DNA of 58,222 bases from the IMG/VR virus record IMGVR_UViG_3300034116_002079, positions 1 to 58,222 of that record. The stretch is one strand, 5' to 3'. The notes beneath the pieces are model-generated. The model was not told the origin of the DNA. It ran no database searches and saw nothing but the letters and a program-made list of their open reading frames with translations. Below, piece after piece: positions 58,154 to 58,222 of the stretch (position 1 is its first letter; every line of letters starts with the position of its first letter). Made by a program: the position numbers and the translations under genes. This stretch comes from a virus. Lineage: Duplodnaviria; Caudoviricetes.

Positions 58154-58222
58154 ATTTGTATCCTTTAGTTTTGTAATCTGGCTCATGACTTTTGAATAGT
58201 AGTCATTAGCCTGAGTTAATTT

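Overview
This 58 kb window comes from a tailed dsDNA phage with a T5-like (Demerecviridae-type) head and tail-tube module; the host is Gram-negative (spanins, ADP-heptose genes, consensus sigma70 promoters). Layout: (1) 1-1350, a leftward pre-early-like block (A2-like DNA-binding protein, HEXXH protein, three unannotated micro-ORFs) flanked by a repeated divergent promoter module. (2) 1502-12345, terminase subunits with an SGNH hydrolase between them, Dps, nicking endonuclease, portal, a fused prohead protease-major capsid ORF, neck and tube genes, and a tail chaperone with a -1 slippery site. (3) 12460-29169, tape measure, a lambda-like M/L/K-I-J tail tip and Ig/FN3 fibres. (4) 29384-42028, a second fibre block ending in two very Cys-rich paralogues. 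(5) 42130-48635, one operon with a GT9-like glycosyltransferase, a NodU/CmcH carbamoyltransferase, a nearly complete ADP-heptose pathway, heme oxygenase and a PcyX-like bilin reductase. (6) 48681-55300, spanins, a GH19 endolysin and a run of uncharacterised exported and membrane proteins. (7) PhoH, then convergent collagen-like and Gly-rich genes. The best candidates for undescribed systems are the carbamoyl-heptose/bilin operon with the adjacent Cys-rich proteins, and the exported-protein module after the endolysin. All calls come from reading motifs and gene order by eye; no searches were run. I saw no tRNA, rRNA or CRISPR array.
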